A stretch of 64,000 bases of DNA from Toensbergia leucococca (GCA_022813965.1 JALDZS010000008.1:62001-126000); one strand, 5' to 3'; counted from the first letter of the stretch, positions 34,646 through 49,076 are shown. Made by a program: numbers and translations. The notes: generated by a model not told the origin, from the letters alone.

Positions 34646-36998
34646 TCAATTGCGCCTTCTCCGCTTTCGTGGACTCCTTCCTTCCTCAATTCCACCCCCG
34701 ACTCCTCCCTCCTCGGCTGTATTTGCCGGACTTGTCACCTCACTACTGTCCGCTGTCTCCAAGATCCTCCCTCCCAACCTGTGCTCATCCTGCCCATTCA
34801 CATCTTCAAGCCCATCGAAGCCACTATCGTTGCCATTCATTGCGTCCAAATCAAAACCGCCATTCGGATCACCACCATTTCCTAAAGGTGGATGTCCAAA
34901 ATCCACAAGGCCCCCGTTGGATGAATCATTGAAGTATTCTCCGCTGTTGAAGATCTGGTCTAGGTCTAATACCTCTGTCCCAATTGACCCATTGTAGCTT
35001 TGCCCGTCATTCAAGCCTGGTATCGAACCACTAGGGCTCAGGGGGGCTAATAGTTTTTCTATATTCGCCACCCTAGAATTTTGCTCTTGAATGTTTCTGT
35101 CAAGAAAGTCGAAGGCATGGTTTGTTGCGTCATAGTGGGTCGATCTAGGCACATTAGGTGGACTAGGTGATGTCAATGCTGCTCCATCTCCGTTTTGGCC
35201 TGCGCCAGTACTCCCACTAGCCATGAGTTGGAGAACCTCGCGACGCTGGCTGGGGGTCAGCGGCAAATTCCCATCGGCAGTCTCAAGATGAGTGAGGGCT
35301 TCCGGAAACTCCATGCGTGTGTTTGGGAAGTTGATATTGTTAGCGTTTGCAGAGTTGATTATAGACATGATATCCGTCTCGGGTATCTGCCCACCTGCAT
35401 CGTTATTCGCCATTACCTGTGGACTTTGGGATGAACGATTAGATGATGTTGTGTCAAAAAGCTCTTGAATTGCCGGAGAATGTGCATGGCTCTGGTTGGA
35501 GGCATAAGAATTGTGTTGCGCTTGCCCTGTGGAAGGGCGCGTTTGTGGTCGCTGAAGTGGACTGTTCACAGAAGCGGCTGGCGAGACTGGCATCACTCTT
35601 CCATTCTGCCTATTAGGTGGAGGCGCTTTGAGAAGTAGGGGCTGCTTTCGAAAATGGCGCTGAACTTGGCTGTTCGAAATGCTCGCATCCTGATTCCCAT
35701 AATCTCCCACATCGACCACGTTTCCTTGACTTTGAGCCATGTTCGGTATTGCAAACATATCTGCAATGTTTTGCCCTGCGTTTCCCTCTAGGCTTCTATT
35801 ATACACTGTCGCAAGGAACGTCAGAATCGCATTGATCGAGCTTTCATGCCTGTCATGCAAATTTTGAAATTGGGCTGCTTGTTGCTCATGTTCCTGTCGC
35901 ATCTTTTTGATGATACCAGAAATTATCGCTTGCTGCTGCCTTACTGCTTGCAGCTCTCTCTGCACAGTCGATAGATGTTCTTGAGGTAATGCTCCTGCCG
36001 CGCTGCTTATCATGAGTGGCTGTCGGCTGCTACGTAAATTAGTATTGGGTTCTATGGGGCCTTGTTTTGGTGGCGCAGGGCTGTCTGTCTCGTAAATCTC
36101 GTCTCCGTCGTCGTCGAGATTCCCGTCTTCCTGCTTTACCCTAGTTCCACCTTTACCAGAACCTTTTCCTTGAACGTTCTTCGGTTTTTGTATCAGCCAT
36201 AGTAGGTTGGGACGGCCTCGTTTGAAGTACGGGTTATAGTACTCGCTTGGACTCTTATTCTTTCGCTCACTCGCTCGCATAGAATTATCTGACAGCCCGA
36301 CCTTTTTATGGAACCCATACATATTGAGCTGCCGTACAAAAGAGGCATATTTATTATGTTTGAACAATTCGGGAATCAAGGTCTTTGCGAATTCATCTTC
36401 ATCCAGAACTATAAAGGAGTCTCCGCTGTCTGACCATCGTATCAAATCCGTATTTCTAGACTCGTCAAGAAAGCTATTTCGCCAAATGTTAGTACAAAAT
36501 ACTTCCCTAAAGGGGAATAAACTTCTACCTGCTTAGCTTCTGCACGAAAGGGGGAATGTGCTTTCGTTCGGCTTCTGTATCTCGCTTCGCAACAAGAGCC
36601 TTTTGATCAAGGTCATCGTTGTCGTTGGGCCAAGCATCACTTACAGGCGGTTGAGTATCGTCCGCGATTGTAGGCCATGGACCATTGACCACATTATTGA
36701 AATCCCCTCTTGTAACTAAATGCTGACCTAAAGGTCGCCGGGCGAGCTGGTTTGATGATGCTGCGGGTGTTCCTTGAGGTTGAGTCATTCCGTTGTAAAG
36801 ATTTGGGCTGAAGCTACTTGTAGGGTCCGGGTAGCTGGAAGTGCCATTTGTAGGGTTGTGCTGATTCCACTGGAGATACTGGTCACTAGATAGTTGAGGC
36901 GAACGACCTAAATTATGGTTTCCCGGTATTTGCGGCTGGTGCTGAGCCATGGGTGACGCTCCTGGGGCTGCTCGCTTCCTTGAGCCCACTTGCGACAT
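34646..36998 (-). CDS. HSF1: Heat shock transcription factor, 2 exons
   Basis: HSF DNA-binding domain IPPFVQKLS/SFLDE...IRWSDSGDSFIV...FKHNKYASFVRQLNMYGFHK, then a heptad region. Intron at ~36475-36527. Confidence 0.95.
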
Positions 36999-37832
36999 CG
37001 ATTCGAGCCTTTTTCTCTCCTCTTTTCCCTGCTCTAGAGAGTATTGATAATTCTGCGACTGTAATGTCACGTTCTATTTTTCCCACAAACTCCGAGTACT
37101 TCCGCGCTTCCCTAGTCTGGTGGTCCTGGTGGAAGGCCTCGACGTCTGAGATTAGTCGCAATAACGTGGGAGCGCCGAAAGAGATTCCAAGGTCCAATAT
37201 CGATAGAGATAGCAGATTTCTAGAGCGTAGATGGCGACAAGCGGTAGGCGATAGATAGAAGGCTTAAAGCAGGAGAAGGAACCGGTGCATTCAACGAGAT
37301 GTGGTGGGTCAATAGCAGATGAAATTAGAATGATGATGTCTGAAATATTGTTCCAGACAATCAATCCGAGACTGAAGAGACTTGAAAGGCTTATTGTCTA
37401 GGTTTATAGCGAAGGCTCGGGAGGCTGCAGGCTGGAGGTGTTGACTCTTTTGGAAGACGAAGGATATGGAACGAGACAAGCGTTGTCTGGCGTCAATGGC
37501 GGCGGAGGATACAAGACGGCCGAGACAGGAACTAAAAAACAAAAGGCTTGAGACACTGCCCTGTTATATTTTGGTGGAAATGTTATGATATTAACAGAAG
37601 GCTCCGGTGTCATAATGGTGGTGTGATATCAGAACTGAGGCTACAATGATTTGATTGGTTCATCTAATCTAATCAACTGACTTTGTTCATCAAGCAAGAC
37701 ACCTTAGGGGACAGTAAATGAACTCATCATCATCATCACCTTAGTCAAGCACTTGGTAAACAGAGTAATAGATAAGATGACGTTCTCTGCCATCATCTCT
37801 CTTTCAATTGACGACAGCTTGTATCCCTACTG

Positions 37833-39425
37833 CTACCCCCGTTCTCCAGCCCTCTTCTCAGGCACACGCCCTCTATCGCGGTCTCTATCCCACGCCTTTC
37901 CACTTCCGTTCTTTGCTGGTCTCTTTGCTAGCTGTCCTTCCAAGATCTCCTTTGCCTTCTCTCTAGGATCAATGACTACAAGCTCCTCTTCATTCTTCTT
38001 CTTCCAATTCAGATCCTTTCCCAGTCGATCTTTTTCAAAACTCAACGCGTGTGACATCCATCCTTTGTCATCTTCATCCACCATCTCTGCACTTTCCGAA
38101 ATATGCTTGTCCCAAGATCCGCATGACTGGCAATTCACGATAAAATGAAGGTCACAAAGGCGAGCCTCTTCTTCGTCATCCACTGATTTCACATCGTCAT
38201 TCTGGTTGGTGTCTCCGCTGCCCAATTCACGCGTTGGTGTTTCCAATGACTCAAGCTTAGGCGGTGCTTGCTTCAACTTTGCTTGGAACGCTCTCATTAT
38301 GCTCAAAGCTTGCGCATCCGCATTGCCATTAACACCATGCTTTCTTTTACGCCCACGCATGGAATTTTCAGGTATCATCTTCTCCAACGCCGACTTCTTG
38401 TATACGGGCTCTGCCGGTGCATAGGATATGTTACGTTTCATGGACTCTTTGAGCTTAGCAATCTGTGCGTTCGTTTCAACCAGCAAGGAAGACATTTGCC
38501 CTATTGCGGCTGGTTCTGGAGACGTCGAAGGAGATGTAGATGGCTTCTCGTCATTGGGAAGCGGTGGTTGCAGCTCACGGCTTGGAGTCGTTCTTCGAGG
38601 CGGCGATGGCGATTTTGAAGCCTTTCTCCGCAATGCTTTCTCTGTAGATTTCGTGACCTTCTTTGGCTTCCAATTGTCGCCCGTCACATCATAAGTGCCA
38701 TCTTCGATGCTCACAAGTTTATTGTTGTACTTAGCCCTCTTCACCACTGGCGGTATCTCATCATCCTCCCCACCCTCTCCCCCAAAGCTCAGCAGCGTCT
38801 TCCCGGCCTTCTTCATTCCCTTCCTCTTTCCCTCTTTCTTTTCCTCTTTCTTTTCCTCCACAATACTTCTTACCCTATTCTCCCCCGCTTTCCCCACCAT
38901 TTCATCAAATGGATTGACCAAAACCACTACTGCCGTGATCCTCGTCGGATACATTGGCCTTTCCCCAATGCCGACCTCCTCCTCTCCCATCTTCACCAGA
39001 TTATAAACAGTATCCCCCACGACCCTCCCAAACATGGTATTCCTCCCTTGTAATTCCTCCGTCTTCCCCAGTGTCAAGAAGAATTGACTCCCGTTCTCGT
39101 TCTTCCCCCCTCCATTCGCCATGCCTAGCAATCCCCTGCGATTGAACTTCAACCGGCTGTGGAATTCATCCTCACATACCCCGCCCTCATAGATCGCCTC
39201 GCCGCCATCACTCGTACCCGTAGGATCGCCGCCCTGAAGCACAAAGCCAGGGACTAAGCGGTGGAATATGGTGTTGGTATAGTAGCCGTCGAGGCACAAT
39301 TGCAGAAAATTCCGGGAGGTGAGAGGGGTTTGTTTCGCGAAGAGTTCGAGCTCGAGATCCCCGGAAGTTGTTTCTAGGAGGACTTTGGCGGTAGGTTGCG
39401 GTTCAAGATTGTAAAGAGAGCTCAT
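37833..39425 (-). CDS. CWC27: Cyclophilin-type PPIase-like spliceosome factor Cwc27
   Basis: MSSLYNLEPQPTAKV, FHRLVPGFVLQGGDPTG, NGSQFFLTL, CDLHFIVNCQSC and LVVIDPREK. Confidence 0.95.
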   Translation of the reverse strand: MSSLYNLEPQPTAKVLLETTSGDLELELFAKQTPLTSRNFLQLCLDGYYTNTIFHRLVPGFVLQGGDPTGTSDGGEAIYEGGVCEDEFHSRLKFNRRGLLGMANGGGKNENGSQFFLTLGKTEELQGRNTMFGRVVGDTVYNLVKMGEEEVGIGERPMYPTRITAVVVLVNPFDEMVGKAGENRVRSIVEEKKEEKKEGKRKGMKKAGKTLLSFGGEGGEDDEIPPVVKRAKYNNKLVSIEDGTYDVTGDNWKPKKVTKSTEKALRRKASKSPSPPRRTTPSRELQPPLPNDEKPSTSPSTSPEPAAIGQMSSLLVETNAQIAKLKESMKRNISYAPAEPVYKKSALEKMIPENSMRGRKRKHGVNGNADAQALSIMRAFQAKLKQAPPKLESLETPTRELGSGDTNQNDDVKSVDDEEEARLCDLHFIVNCQSCGSWDKHISESAEMVDEDDKGWMSHALSFEKDRLGKDLNWKKKNEEELVVIDPREKAKEILEGQLAKRPAKNGSGKAWDRDRDRGRVPEKRAGERG

Positions 39426-40261
39426 GATGCTGTCAGAATCGAAGGGCTAGAGGGTAGTCTCGCCGTTGGAATTTTTGAAGGATACGGTTGTATATTAGGC
39501 AAAACGTCTGCTCAAGGTTAGTTACCATATGAATCGATATCCCAATGAGTGATGGTAATTCAGTATTGGGCGTAGATCATCGGGTTATTGACAGGGCATA
39601 ACATTCCAGAGGATAGAAACTTTGTATCGAAAGACAAGTAATTAAGATAGAATACCAATAGAATATATTTCACACATCTAAATTGTAATGTTCATCTTCA
39701 ATGTTATTTTTGACCTCTACTCTAAGGGTACAGTTTTAGCTATTATCACTGATCGAACCGAGTGACACTGACGCACAGGATATGCAAATGTTGCTTAAAA
39801 CACTCCGCTCGATTGCTACAGAGTATAACCTGGGGAACGAACTCTACAGATTTGAAAGCCAATATATTTCGCTCGTGCATTGTGTATTGAATGAAAATCA
39901 ACACCGTGTATATGCTCTCAAAGAAAGGACTACATATATTGAGAGGAAGCATGATATCAAGTAGGTAATTAGGGCGCCAAGGATGGGTATAAGATTTTTG
40001 GTAAGAATGTACAGTACACAACCAACGCAAACGGCAAGGAGCAGATTTGGTAAATACATGGTGAAATACCAAGTCACTCGCAACATATACAAAGAGACAT
40101 AATAGATATCGCCCATTTTTACTCGCATTTCTCATCATCGTACAAGCAAACTCATGCACATGACCCCATCTCTACTAATCTCACTCTAGGAATAAAGCTT
40201 GCCATTTTGACAAATCATCGATAATCGCTGAAGGTCTGTGATAGTGGTGAAGTAAAAAGGT

Positions 40262-43200
40262 TCAAGCAGCTCCGACGGCCTGCTGTCTCATTTGCTCTGG
40301 ATGACCAATGATCTCGTAGGGGGCTCGCTGGACGATGCCGCCAGTTTTGGGGAGCTGAGTACCGACGCCCATGAGGTAAGTGTCAACATCACGAGCTGCT
40401 TGGCGCCCTTCGTTAATACCCCTGAGCGCTCGTTAGCATACTTTTGTTTCGTAGCATTATTGCAAGAAGCTTACCAAACGATAAGTGACTGGCCACGACG
40501 GCAATCACCAGCAGCGAAGACACCGGGAACGTTTGTACTGTACCTGCCAGGTGCGGTCTTGATGTTTTTCCTGGCATCTTTTTCGATTTCAGTACCCAGC
40601 AGACGATCTTCAGGGCCCAAGAACCCCATTGAAAGCAAAACCAAGTCAGCCGGAAAGAATTGCTCGCTTCCTTCTACTTGCTTCATATCCCATCCGCCGG
40701 AAACGCTCTTGGTCCATTCGACACGGTGGATGTTGATTCCTCGCACATTTCCTTCGTCGTCGCCAACAAATTCCTTGGACATGACACAGTACTCGCGCGG
40801 ATCCTTGCCCATATGAGTCTTGACTTCAGTATGACCATAGTCAATACGATAGATGCGAGGCCATTGTGGCCATGGATTGTCACGAGCACGCTCTGGAGGT
40901 GGTTGCGGCAGCAGCTCGAAGTTAGTGACGGACTTTGCTCCGTGACGAACCGAAGTTCCAATGCAATCATTCCCGGTGTCTCCGCCACCAATGACAATGA
41001 CATCCTTCCCCTTGGCAGATATGTACTCTCCATCTCCCAATTCAGAGTCAAGAAGTGATTTGGTGTTGCGATGCAGAAATTGCATGGCAAAATGAATACC
41101 CTCGAGTTCACGATTTGGGATTTTGAGGTCCCGAGCAACTGTAGCCCCAGTTGCGATAACCACCGCGTTATTTTCTGCTCGAAGCGATTCGAGCGAGACC
41201 TCGCTTTCAGGGCCCACAGGGGTACTAGTTATGAATGTGATGCCCTCATCAGCCATAAAATTGACACGTCGTTGCACGATAGTCTTGTCAAGCTTCATGT
41301 TTGGGATGCCGTACATCAACAGACCGCCAATCCGATCAGAGCGCTCATACACCTTCACTGTATGCCCAGCTCGATTGAGCTGGTCTGCAGTAGCAAGACC
41401 AGCAGGGCCTGAACCAATCACTGCAACAGTCTTACCTGTCCGATTCTGGGGTGGCTTAGGTACCATCCAGCCCATGTCAAATCCTCTGTCGATGATAGCA
41501 CACTCGATAGACTTAATGCCGACGGGGTCCTCATTTATACCAAGTACACACGCACCCTCACAGGGTGCAGGACAAACACGCCCGGTGAATTCGGGGAAAT
41601 TGTTGGTCATAAGGAGGCGGTTGAGAGCATCTTCCCACTGGTTTTGAAAAACAAGCTCGTTCCACTTGGGGATGATATTGGATATGGGACATCCGGTATC
41701 AGATTGACAGAAAGGAACACCGCAATCCATACAACGAGCTGCTTGGTACTTCAATTCATCCTCATTCAGGCGAGTAGACAGTTCCTTCCAGTCCCGAGTT
41801 CTAGTCTCAGGTTTCCTGTATTTCTCACTCCGTCGCTGATATTTCATGAAGCCTTTGGTTTTATCAAGGACCAATGCGGATCGTTTTTTCTCTGCTTTGT
41901 TATCCCCAACGCTCTCTTCAATATCGAGCATGTCGTTTTTTTTTGCATGCGCGACTTTGTCGTGCTCCTGCTTTTTGGACTCTTCATGAAGTTGACGCAC
42001 GGCATTTCCTGGCAGTAGCGGCAATGGGTACTCTGCTTTCTTTGCGGCTTCTGCCTTAGCAGCCTCTTCGGCCATCACCCGTTTGTAATCCGTAGGAAGA
42101 ACCTTCACAAACCTTGGCAAGGCCCGGTTGAAGTCTAGTAGCACACGAGCGGCGAGCTCAGAGCCAGTATAATGATGGTGGTCCTCGATCAAACCTCTAA
42201 TGAAGGCTACCTCGGTAGGGTCATCAACACCAGAGACTTCGACCATCTCCGTGTTTACCTTTGAGGCGAAGTCTTGAGCCATATCTAGGACATAAGCGAT
42301 GCCGCCAGACATACCAGCAGCAAAGTTACGCCCTGTACCACCGAGAACAAGTACGCGGCCACCTGTCATGTACTCGCAACCATGGTCCCCAACTCCTTCA
42401 ACAACAGCGGTAGCGCCCGAATTTCGCACTGCAAATCTCTCGGCAGCCATACCACGGAAGTAACAGGTACCACTTGTTGCGCCGTAAAGACAAACATTTC
42501 CAATAAGCATGTTCTCTTCGGCTTTGAAAACAGCAGATCGCGGAGGATAAACGATAAGACGACCACCGGAAAGACCTTTACCAACATAATCATTCGAGTC
42601 ACCCTCCAGCTCCAAAGTGACACCGGGAGCTAGGAAAGCACCGAAAGATTGACCAGCCGAGCCTTTGATATTGGCATGGATGGTATCCTGGGGCAGTCCT
42701 GCTTCGCCAAACCTTCTACTGATTTGATAAGAAAGTGTCGCACCAAGAGTTCGGTCGGTATTGACGATATCACACTCGATCCGGCAAGGCAGACCCTTTT
42801 CGAGTGCCAGTTCAGACTCAGCTATAAGTTTATTGTCAAGTCTAGTATGCAAGCGATGATCCTGTTTTCGAACGTTGTATGTAGCGACGCCAGGTCGGAG
42901 GTGATGAGCAGGCGTAAGGATCAAGCCAAGATCGATGTTTTCCGTCTTCGGGCTACGGAGGTCCTCGCGGAAGCGGAGAGCCTCAGAATGACCAACCATT
43001 TCATTAATGGTGCGAAAACCCAACTTTGCCATGATAGCACGTAGCTCATTAGAAATGTAGTAAAAGAAATTGATCACGTGTTCCGGTGTTCCCTGAAACT
43101 TTTTGCGCAATTCTGGGTCTTGGGAAGCGATGCCGACTGGGCATGTGTTGAGGTGGCATTTTCTCATCATAATGCAGCCCATCGCAATCAGAGGGGTTGT

Positions 43201-46200
43201 GGCGAAGCCCCATTCTTCAGCACCAAGGAGACAAGCAATGGCCACATCCCGACCCGTTCGCAGTTGACCGTCTGTCTGAACTATAACACGCCCTCTCAAG
43301 TCATTGAGAACTAGCGTCTGGTGCGTTTCCGCGAGTCCAAGCTCCCACGGCAAGCCAGCATACTTGATCCCTGTCCATCGTGAAGCCCCAGTACCACCGT
43401 CATGACCAGAGATAAGGATGTGATCAGCTTTGGCCTTCGCGACGCCCGAGGCAACGATACCCACTCCTGTCTCAGAAACAAGTTTGACTGACACACGGGC
43501 TCGAGGGTTGGAGCACTTGAGGTCATAGATGAGTTGTTTCAAGTCCTCAATGGAATAGATGTCGTGATGTGGAGGAGGCGAGATAAGGCCAACACCTGGA
43601 GTCGAATGCCTGGTACGAGCAATAGGTCCTGAAACTTTGTGTCCAGGAAGCTCGCCACCTTCGCCGGGCTTGGCTCCTTGTGCCATCTTTATTTGTAGCT
43701 CGTCAGAATCCGCAAGATAATTAGATGTGACACCAAATCTTCCTGACGCAACCTGCTTAATGGCAGATCGCATTGTATCTCCGTTGTCCAACCTCAAGCT
43801 TCGCTCAGGATCTTCGCCACCTTCACCGGTATTGGACTTGCCACCTAATCGATTCATGGCGACAGCTAGAGTGGAATGTGCCTCCATCGAGATCGACCCA
43901 TACGACATTGCGCCTGTTACGAAACGGCGCACAATCTCGGTCCAAGGCTCAACTTGATCAATAGGGACAGACGGTCTCTCATCAAAATTGAAGTCAAGGA
44001 GGCCACGTAGGGTACAATTCTTAATCTGCTCATATTCTGACATAGAGTATGCCTCATATGACTTGTCGTTCTTTGTACGTACAGCATCTTGAATATTGGC
44101 AATGCTGACAGGATCATTGATGTGCGGCTCGCCTCCATCTCGCCAATGATACTCTCCAGATTCAGCGAGGCCAGGAATATTCATAATATTGCGAGTTGGA
44201 AAACCTTTCTCATGGAATGCAAAGGCATCTTGAGCAATGAGCTCGAAGGTCATGCCTTTGATGCGAGTAGCAGTTCCTGTAAAGCATCGATCAACAACAG
44301 TATCGTCTACCCCAAGAGCTTCAAAAATTTGTGCTCCCTTATAGCTTTGCAAAGTCGAGATGCCCATCTTGCTCATGACTTTAAGTATGCCTCCATCACA
44401 AGAATATTTGTAATTCTCAATGACTTTCTCGTCAGAAAGCTGCTTCCTGATGAGATTTTCACGATTCATCTTCAGGATACACTCCATAGCCAGATAAGGA
44501 CAGATAGCATCAGCGCCATAACCGACAAGGACACACATATGATGTACTTCGCGTGCCTCAGCGGTTTCAACCACCAAAGCGGCCTGCGATCGCCATTTGT
44601 TTCGTACCATGTGGTGGTGAACCATACCTGTCGCAAGAAGAGCAGACACTGGGACACGGTCAGCAGAGGTTGCCCGATCGGACAGAATCAGTATTTTATC
44701 GTTGTTTTCGATTCCTTCAGTAGCTGCATCGCAAACACGGTCGAGGGCTTCCATGTATCCTTGGATGCCCTCACTTTTGGGAAACGTGATGTCAATAGTC
44801 TTTACAGGCCAATCGCGATGGAGCACGGCGATATTTTTCAATGCATTGAAGTCTTCGATGGACAATACGGGTGAGGGCAATAGTAAACGGCGACACTGAG
44901 ATGAATCAATTTCGAGTAGGTTACCTTGCGGGCCGACATAACACTCCAAAGACATGACAATGGCTTCTCGAATCGGGTCGATGGGTGGATTAGTAACTTG
45001 CGCGAAGAGCTGACGAAAGTACTCGTACAGAAGACGTGGCTGTTGGGCAAGGCATGCAAGCGGCGCATCATTACCCATGGACCCGAGGGCTTCTTTTGAA
45101 TCTGCAGCCATGGGCCCTAATAGCAAACTTACCTGCTCGAAGGAGTACCCAAACGCTTTGAGCATTGGATCAGCTTGCACATTCACATCATTGAGCGTGT
45201 GACCAAGTTCTGTGCCGCGTTCTTGCAATTGTTCGAAAACACCCGGCAGAGTCACGAGCTCTTTTTGTAGCCATGATCTGAAATCTTGGCGATTAGAGAT
45301 ATTATGCTTCAGCTCTGCATCATCTACGATGCGGCCAGCTACCGTGTCAACTAGCAGCATCTTTCCAGGCTGCAGACGGCCTTTCTGTATAATACTCTCT
45401 GGATCGAGCACAATTGTACCTACTTCCGACGCACAAATAATCCGATCATCGTCAGTCACATAGTACCGGCAAGGCCTTAATCCGTTTCGATCGAGGTTGG
45501 CACCGCAATATCTTCCATCTGAAAACGTGAACAGTGCTGGACCGTCCCATGGCTCCATCAGACAAGCTGCCCATTCATAGAACGCGGCCTTTGCCGGGTC
45601 CATTGCTGCGTTATCTTGCCATGCTTCAGGAACCATTAGCATGACTGCTTCTGGAAGTGATAGAACGCCGTTGACAATCAACAGCTCAAGCACATTGTCG
45701 AACGCGGCAGAGTCGGATCCTCCGTCCTCGACTATTGGGTACAGAAGGTCGAGCTCGTCTTTGAAGAGGCCCGATTTCATGACGCCCTCTCGCGCCCGCA
45801 TCCAATTTTTGTTTCCTCGCAGGGTGTTGATTTCGCCTAAATTGTATTAGAAGGTCCATTCTGACATAGAATCTGGTTCTCGAATGCTTACCGTTATGAG
45901 CTGCCCATCGAAGGGGCTGAGCACGATCCCAGCTAGGAAAGGTATTGGTTGAGAATCGTGAATGTACCAAAGCGAAATGACCCTCATAATCCACAGAAAC
46001 CAGGTCATGGTAATATTGATATACCTGTACCGGAGCCAACTGACCTTTGTACACAATGCTTTTGTTGCTCAATGAGCACAAATAGAACCAATTATGCAAT
46101 CCAATAGTGTGCGTAGCTCGTTTTCGTAATACGTAAAGTTGACGTTCGAAATTTTTCTCGTCGAAATGATTAGAATCAATAATTTCCGGCTCATTCCCGT

Positions 46201-46880
46201 TACCATATGCGGATTTGAGGACGACAAAGGGTTGAAGAATCAATGGCTCTCGTGACAAGGCCGCTGGTCCAAGTAGGCTCGAGTCCCTCGGTACTTCTCG
46301 CCACCCAAGTACCCTCAGATCTAATGATTCTGCAATTTCCTCAAACGTGGTAGTAGACTCCTTCAACATGTCGGTGTCAGGCTTGAAGAAGAGATTCCCT
46401 GCAGCGTACTGACCCTGCGGAGGCAGCTTATATCCCGTCTCGCGCTCGAAGTTTTTGATAAAAAATTTGTGAGGGATTGAGGTCATGACTCCAGCACCAT
46501 CACCATCTCGTGCATCTGAGCCCACTGCCCCACGATGGGTCATATTACACAATAAGTTTCGTGCTGCCAAGTGAAATAAGTCAAGGTCACAATCATGATA
46601 TAGTGCAAGCTCTTACCATCACTGACAATTTTGTGGCTAGCCTTGCCCTTGATATGGCTGTCTAATGGTCAGCATTTGGGTTCAAGAGAAGCTCAACTAG
46701 CACTGACGCTGCGAAGCCTACACCGCAGGCATCCTTCTCCAGCTCAGGATCATAGAGACCTTGCTTCACCGGCAGAGCACCGGCCCATGACCGGTTCTCA
46801 GGGGTATTCTGGTACTCGTATACGTTCACAGACTGCTCTTCCTCTATTTCTGGTCCATATATGTCTTCCACGAGCCCCAT
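40262..46880 (-). CDS. GLT1: NADH-dependent glutamate synthase (GOGAT), 5 exons
   Basis: [10 protein letters not shown]-terminus, [12 protein letters not shown], the FMN domain ([13 protein letters not shown]), 3Fe-4[14 protein letters not shown], and a fused beta part ([33 protein letters not shown]). Confidence 0.98.
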
Positions 46881-47709
46881 TTCACGGACGGCGACCGTCG
46901 AGGATTCACTGCGCAGGAGCCGGTATGGGATTCGAGAAATATTCAATGGATGTTTCTGAATTGAGTCTTACCGTTCGGTGGCTAAGTTAGAATGAAAAAA
47001 ATGTTAGCAAGTATGAAGAGATTGTAAAAAGAAGTTTGTGGAGTGGAGTGGAAGCACGGACGAAAAGACGAAAAGTCCAACTAACCCCACGGTGGCAAAA
47101 GCGATTGTCGAAGGACGGGGTAACCTCCTCGGAAGGAAAAATGTACCAGCTTTAGCTAGAGCAGCTAGATCAAATGCTGTGCAGCAGGAAAGCTTAAGGT
47201 GATCGAGTTTTCTGCATTTAGGGTTCAGTGGGCACACTGGCATGAGGTTGATAGAGATAAGCTCAGCACGACGACCAATCGCAGACAGCCTTTGGACATC
47301 AACTCTCTTTAGCCCAAATCTCCACGAACTCATCAATCTGACAGGAGGCAATGCAAGAATACCCGTTCTTTTCAAGATTAGCACTACTCTAAGTTATGTA
47401 TTGTCAAAGATGAAAGCTGTATTTCATCTCCCAGGCGCTTGTTACTGTTCTATTGTGCCGAATGCCCACACCCGCACTTACGCAGGGTCTTATTCTAGCT
47501 TCAAGCTCACTTGCAGTGTGGTCCCCTCACCCCATGAAGGTAAGTACAGGATCAGTACTGCATAGTTAAGTATGGTGGCCTACAACTTGACCCAAGTCAA
47601 TCATCTCTTAAAAGAAGTCTTCCGTACCCCACGGCAATCATCTAATCCTGCAGCAACGAGGTTGCCTCATTCCCATCCTGCTTAATGATCCCGATCCAAC
47701 GGTTCGCTC

Positions 47710-47832
47710 ATTCTACTCGAGGACTCGTAATAACCCCCTATCCGGCAACTCTACCTATGCGGCACTAGACCTCTTTCAGTTAACGAATCTTTAGGTAAGA
47801 TTGCCGCATAGGGGGGTTATCACGAGTAGAAT
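47710..47832. mobile_element. MITE-like hairpin element with imperfect ~35-bp inverted arms, flanked by TA
   Basis: Left arm 47723-47757 (ACTCGTAATAACCCCCTATCCGGCAACTCTACCTA) pairs with right arm 47792-47827 (reverse complement ACTCGTGATAACCCCCCTATGCGGCAATCTTACCTA). TA lies at 47714-15 and 47827-28. Confidence 0.65.
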
Positions 47833-49076
47833 AGAATAAGTGAAACGCCCCTAGAGCCGCACTTTCCTTTTAGTTTCTTCATTGAACAGCCATAAGCATC
47901 ACTATCTGCTCCTCTTTGTAGCTCATGTTTGTGAGTAATCTCAATGTCCAGAAGCTGTCATGCGAGATTGGAAGAACCTTGTGACATGGATATTCTACAA
48001 GCGACGCTCCATCACCACTTTTCGAGGCTGGCATTGAGATGTTTCACGCAGCCCTAATTATGCGAAAGTTTAGGGAGACTTTAGGCGCATCGAGGTGAGC
48101 AGCGGAGGATAAGGTAGGTAAGGTACCTATGTGACGCATGTTTTAGCATGTTGGCGATATCATCAAAGTCAGAATTCAGAACAACAAAACTGATCCACCG
48201 TGAGAGAGCCTCCGGCTACAAATGCAGCGATTGACTAGAAGGGTTTAACCACTTAGCGACACCGGTGAGAAAAAAAATAGATTTCTGCCCCAGCCCTATA
48301 AGGCTGGCCGATTGCTCGGGGTTTGGCCAGTTGAGGGGTCAACCCTTCTATTGTGAAGCTAAACCCAATGTAGTAGCTGGCGATGTCTCGGGACTGCGCC
48401 ACAGGCAGGCATTCTTTGCAATAAAAGCGAGTCATCACCAAAGTGTTGGTAGCCACGTGGCGTCTCATAGTCTTTCGCGAAGTTGTTTCGTCGTTTCGGG
48501 GCGATCATTTGAGGTCTTTGACCTAAGAGCACGGATCCACCTCTCTACGATAATTTGGATCAATCAGTCTTCTCGTTCAGACCTCTGGTACTCTAGGATC
48601 AGCAAAAGCCAAAGATTTTGTGTTGAGAACGTTGAGTATCGCGCTTCTTGGTGACGCAAGTTCCAACACCGAATTGATGAGTATTGTATTCTGACATCCT
48701 GGACGGATTCTGAGAACAAGCCAACGGTCTTAGTATGATGCAAGATTTTGAGCTCGACTAGTTGACATGTAATTGTATTCGTCCCTACGAGAATTTGAAT
48801 AAGCCCAGCGGGTTGCTTCTGCTAACCGGGGGTGGGGCGGAATCTCTGTATTGTTGAATTTTGGTACAGTACCATACGCATAGTATTCAAAGTCCTAGAG
48901 ATCCTCAGGTAACGTATCACAAGTTTAGAACGTCAACCAGGCATCCAAATTTGCATTTCATTTTCTCATTTTTTCACCGCCTGACAGAGTAAAATTCATC
49001 CTCGGTTTCATGATGGACTCCTATCTGGCATTGGGTACCTAGGTGAAGATATCAAAAGCATGTCATAATCGCTGGA

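Noticed and set aside
40292..46056. Numerous antisense and alternate-frame ORFs over GLT1 (likewise over EDE1, HSP70, CWC27, and 8827-9834)
   Set aside because: Shadow ORFs from codon bias or low complexity, with no domain signatures.
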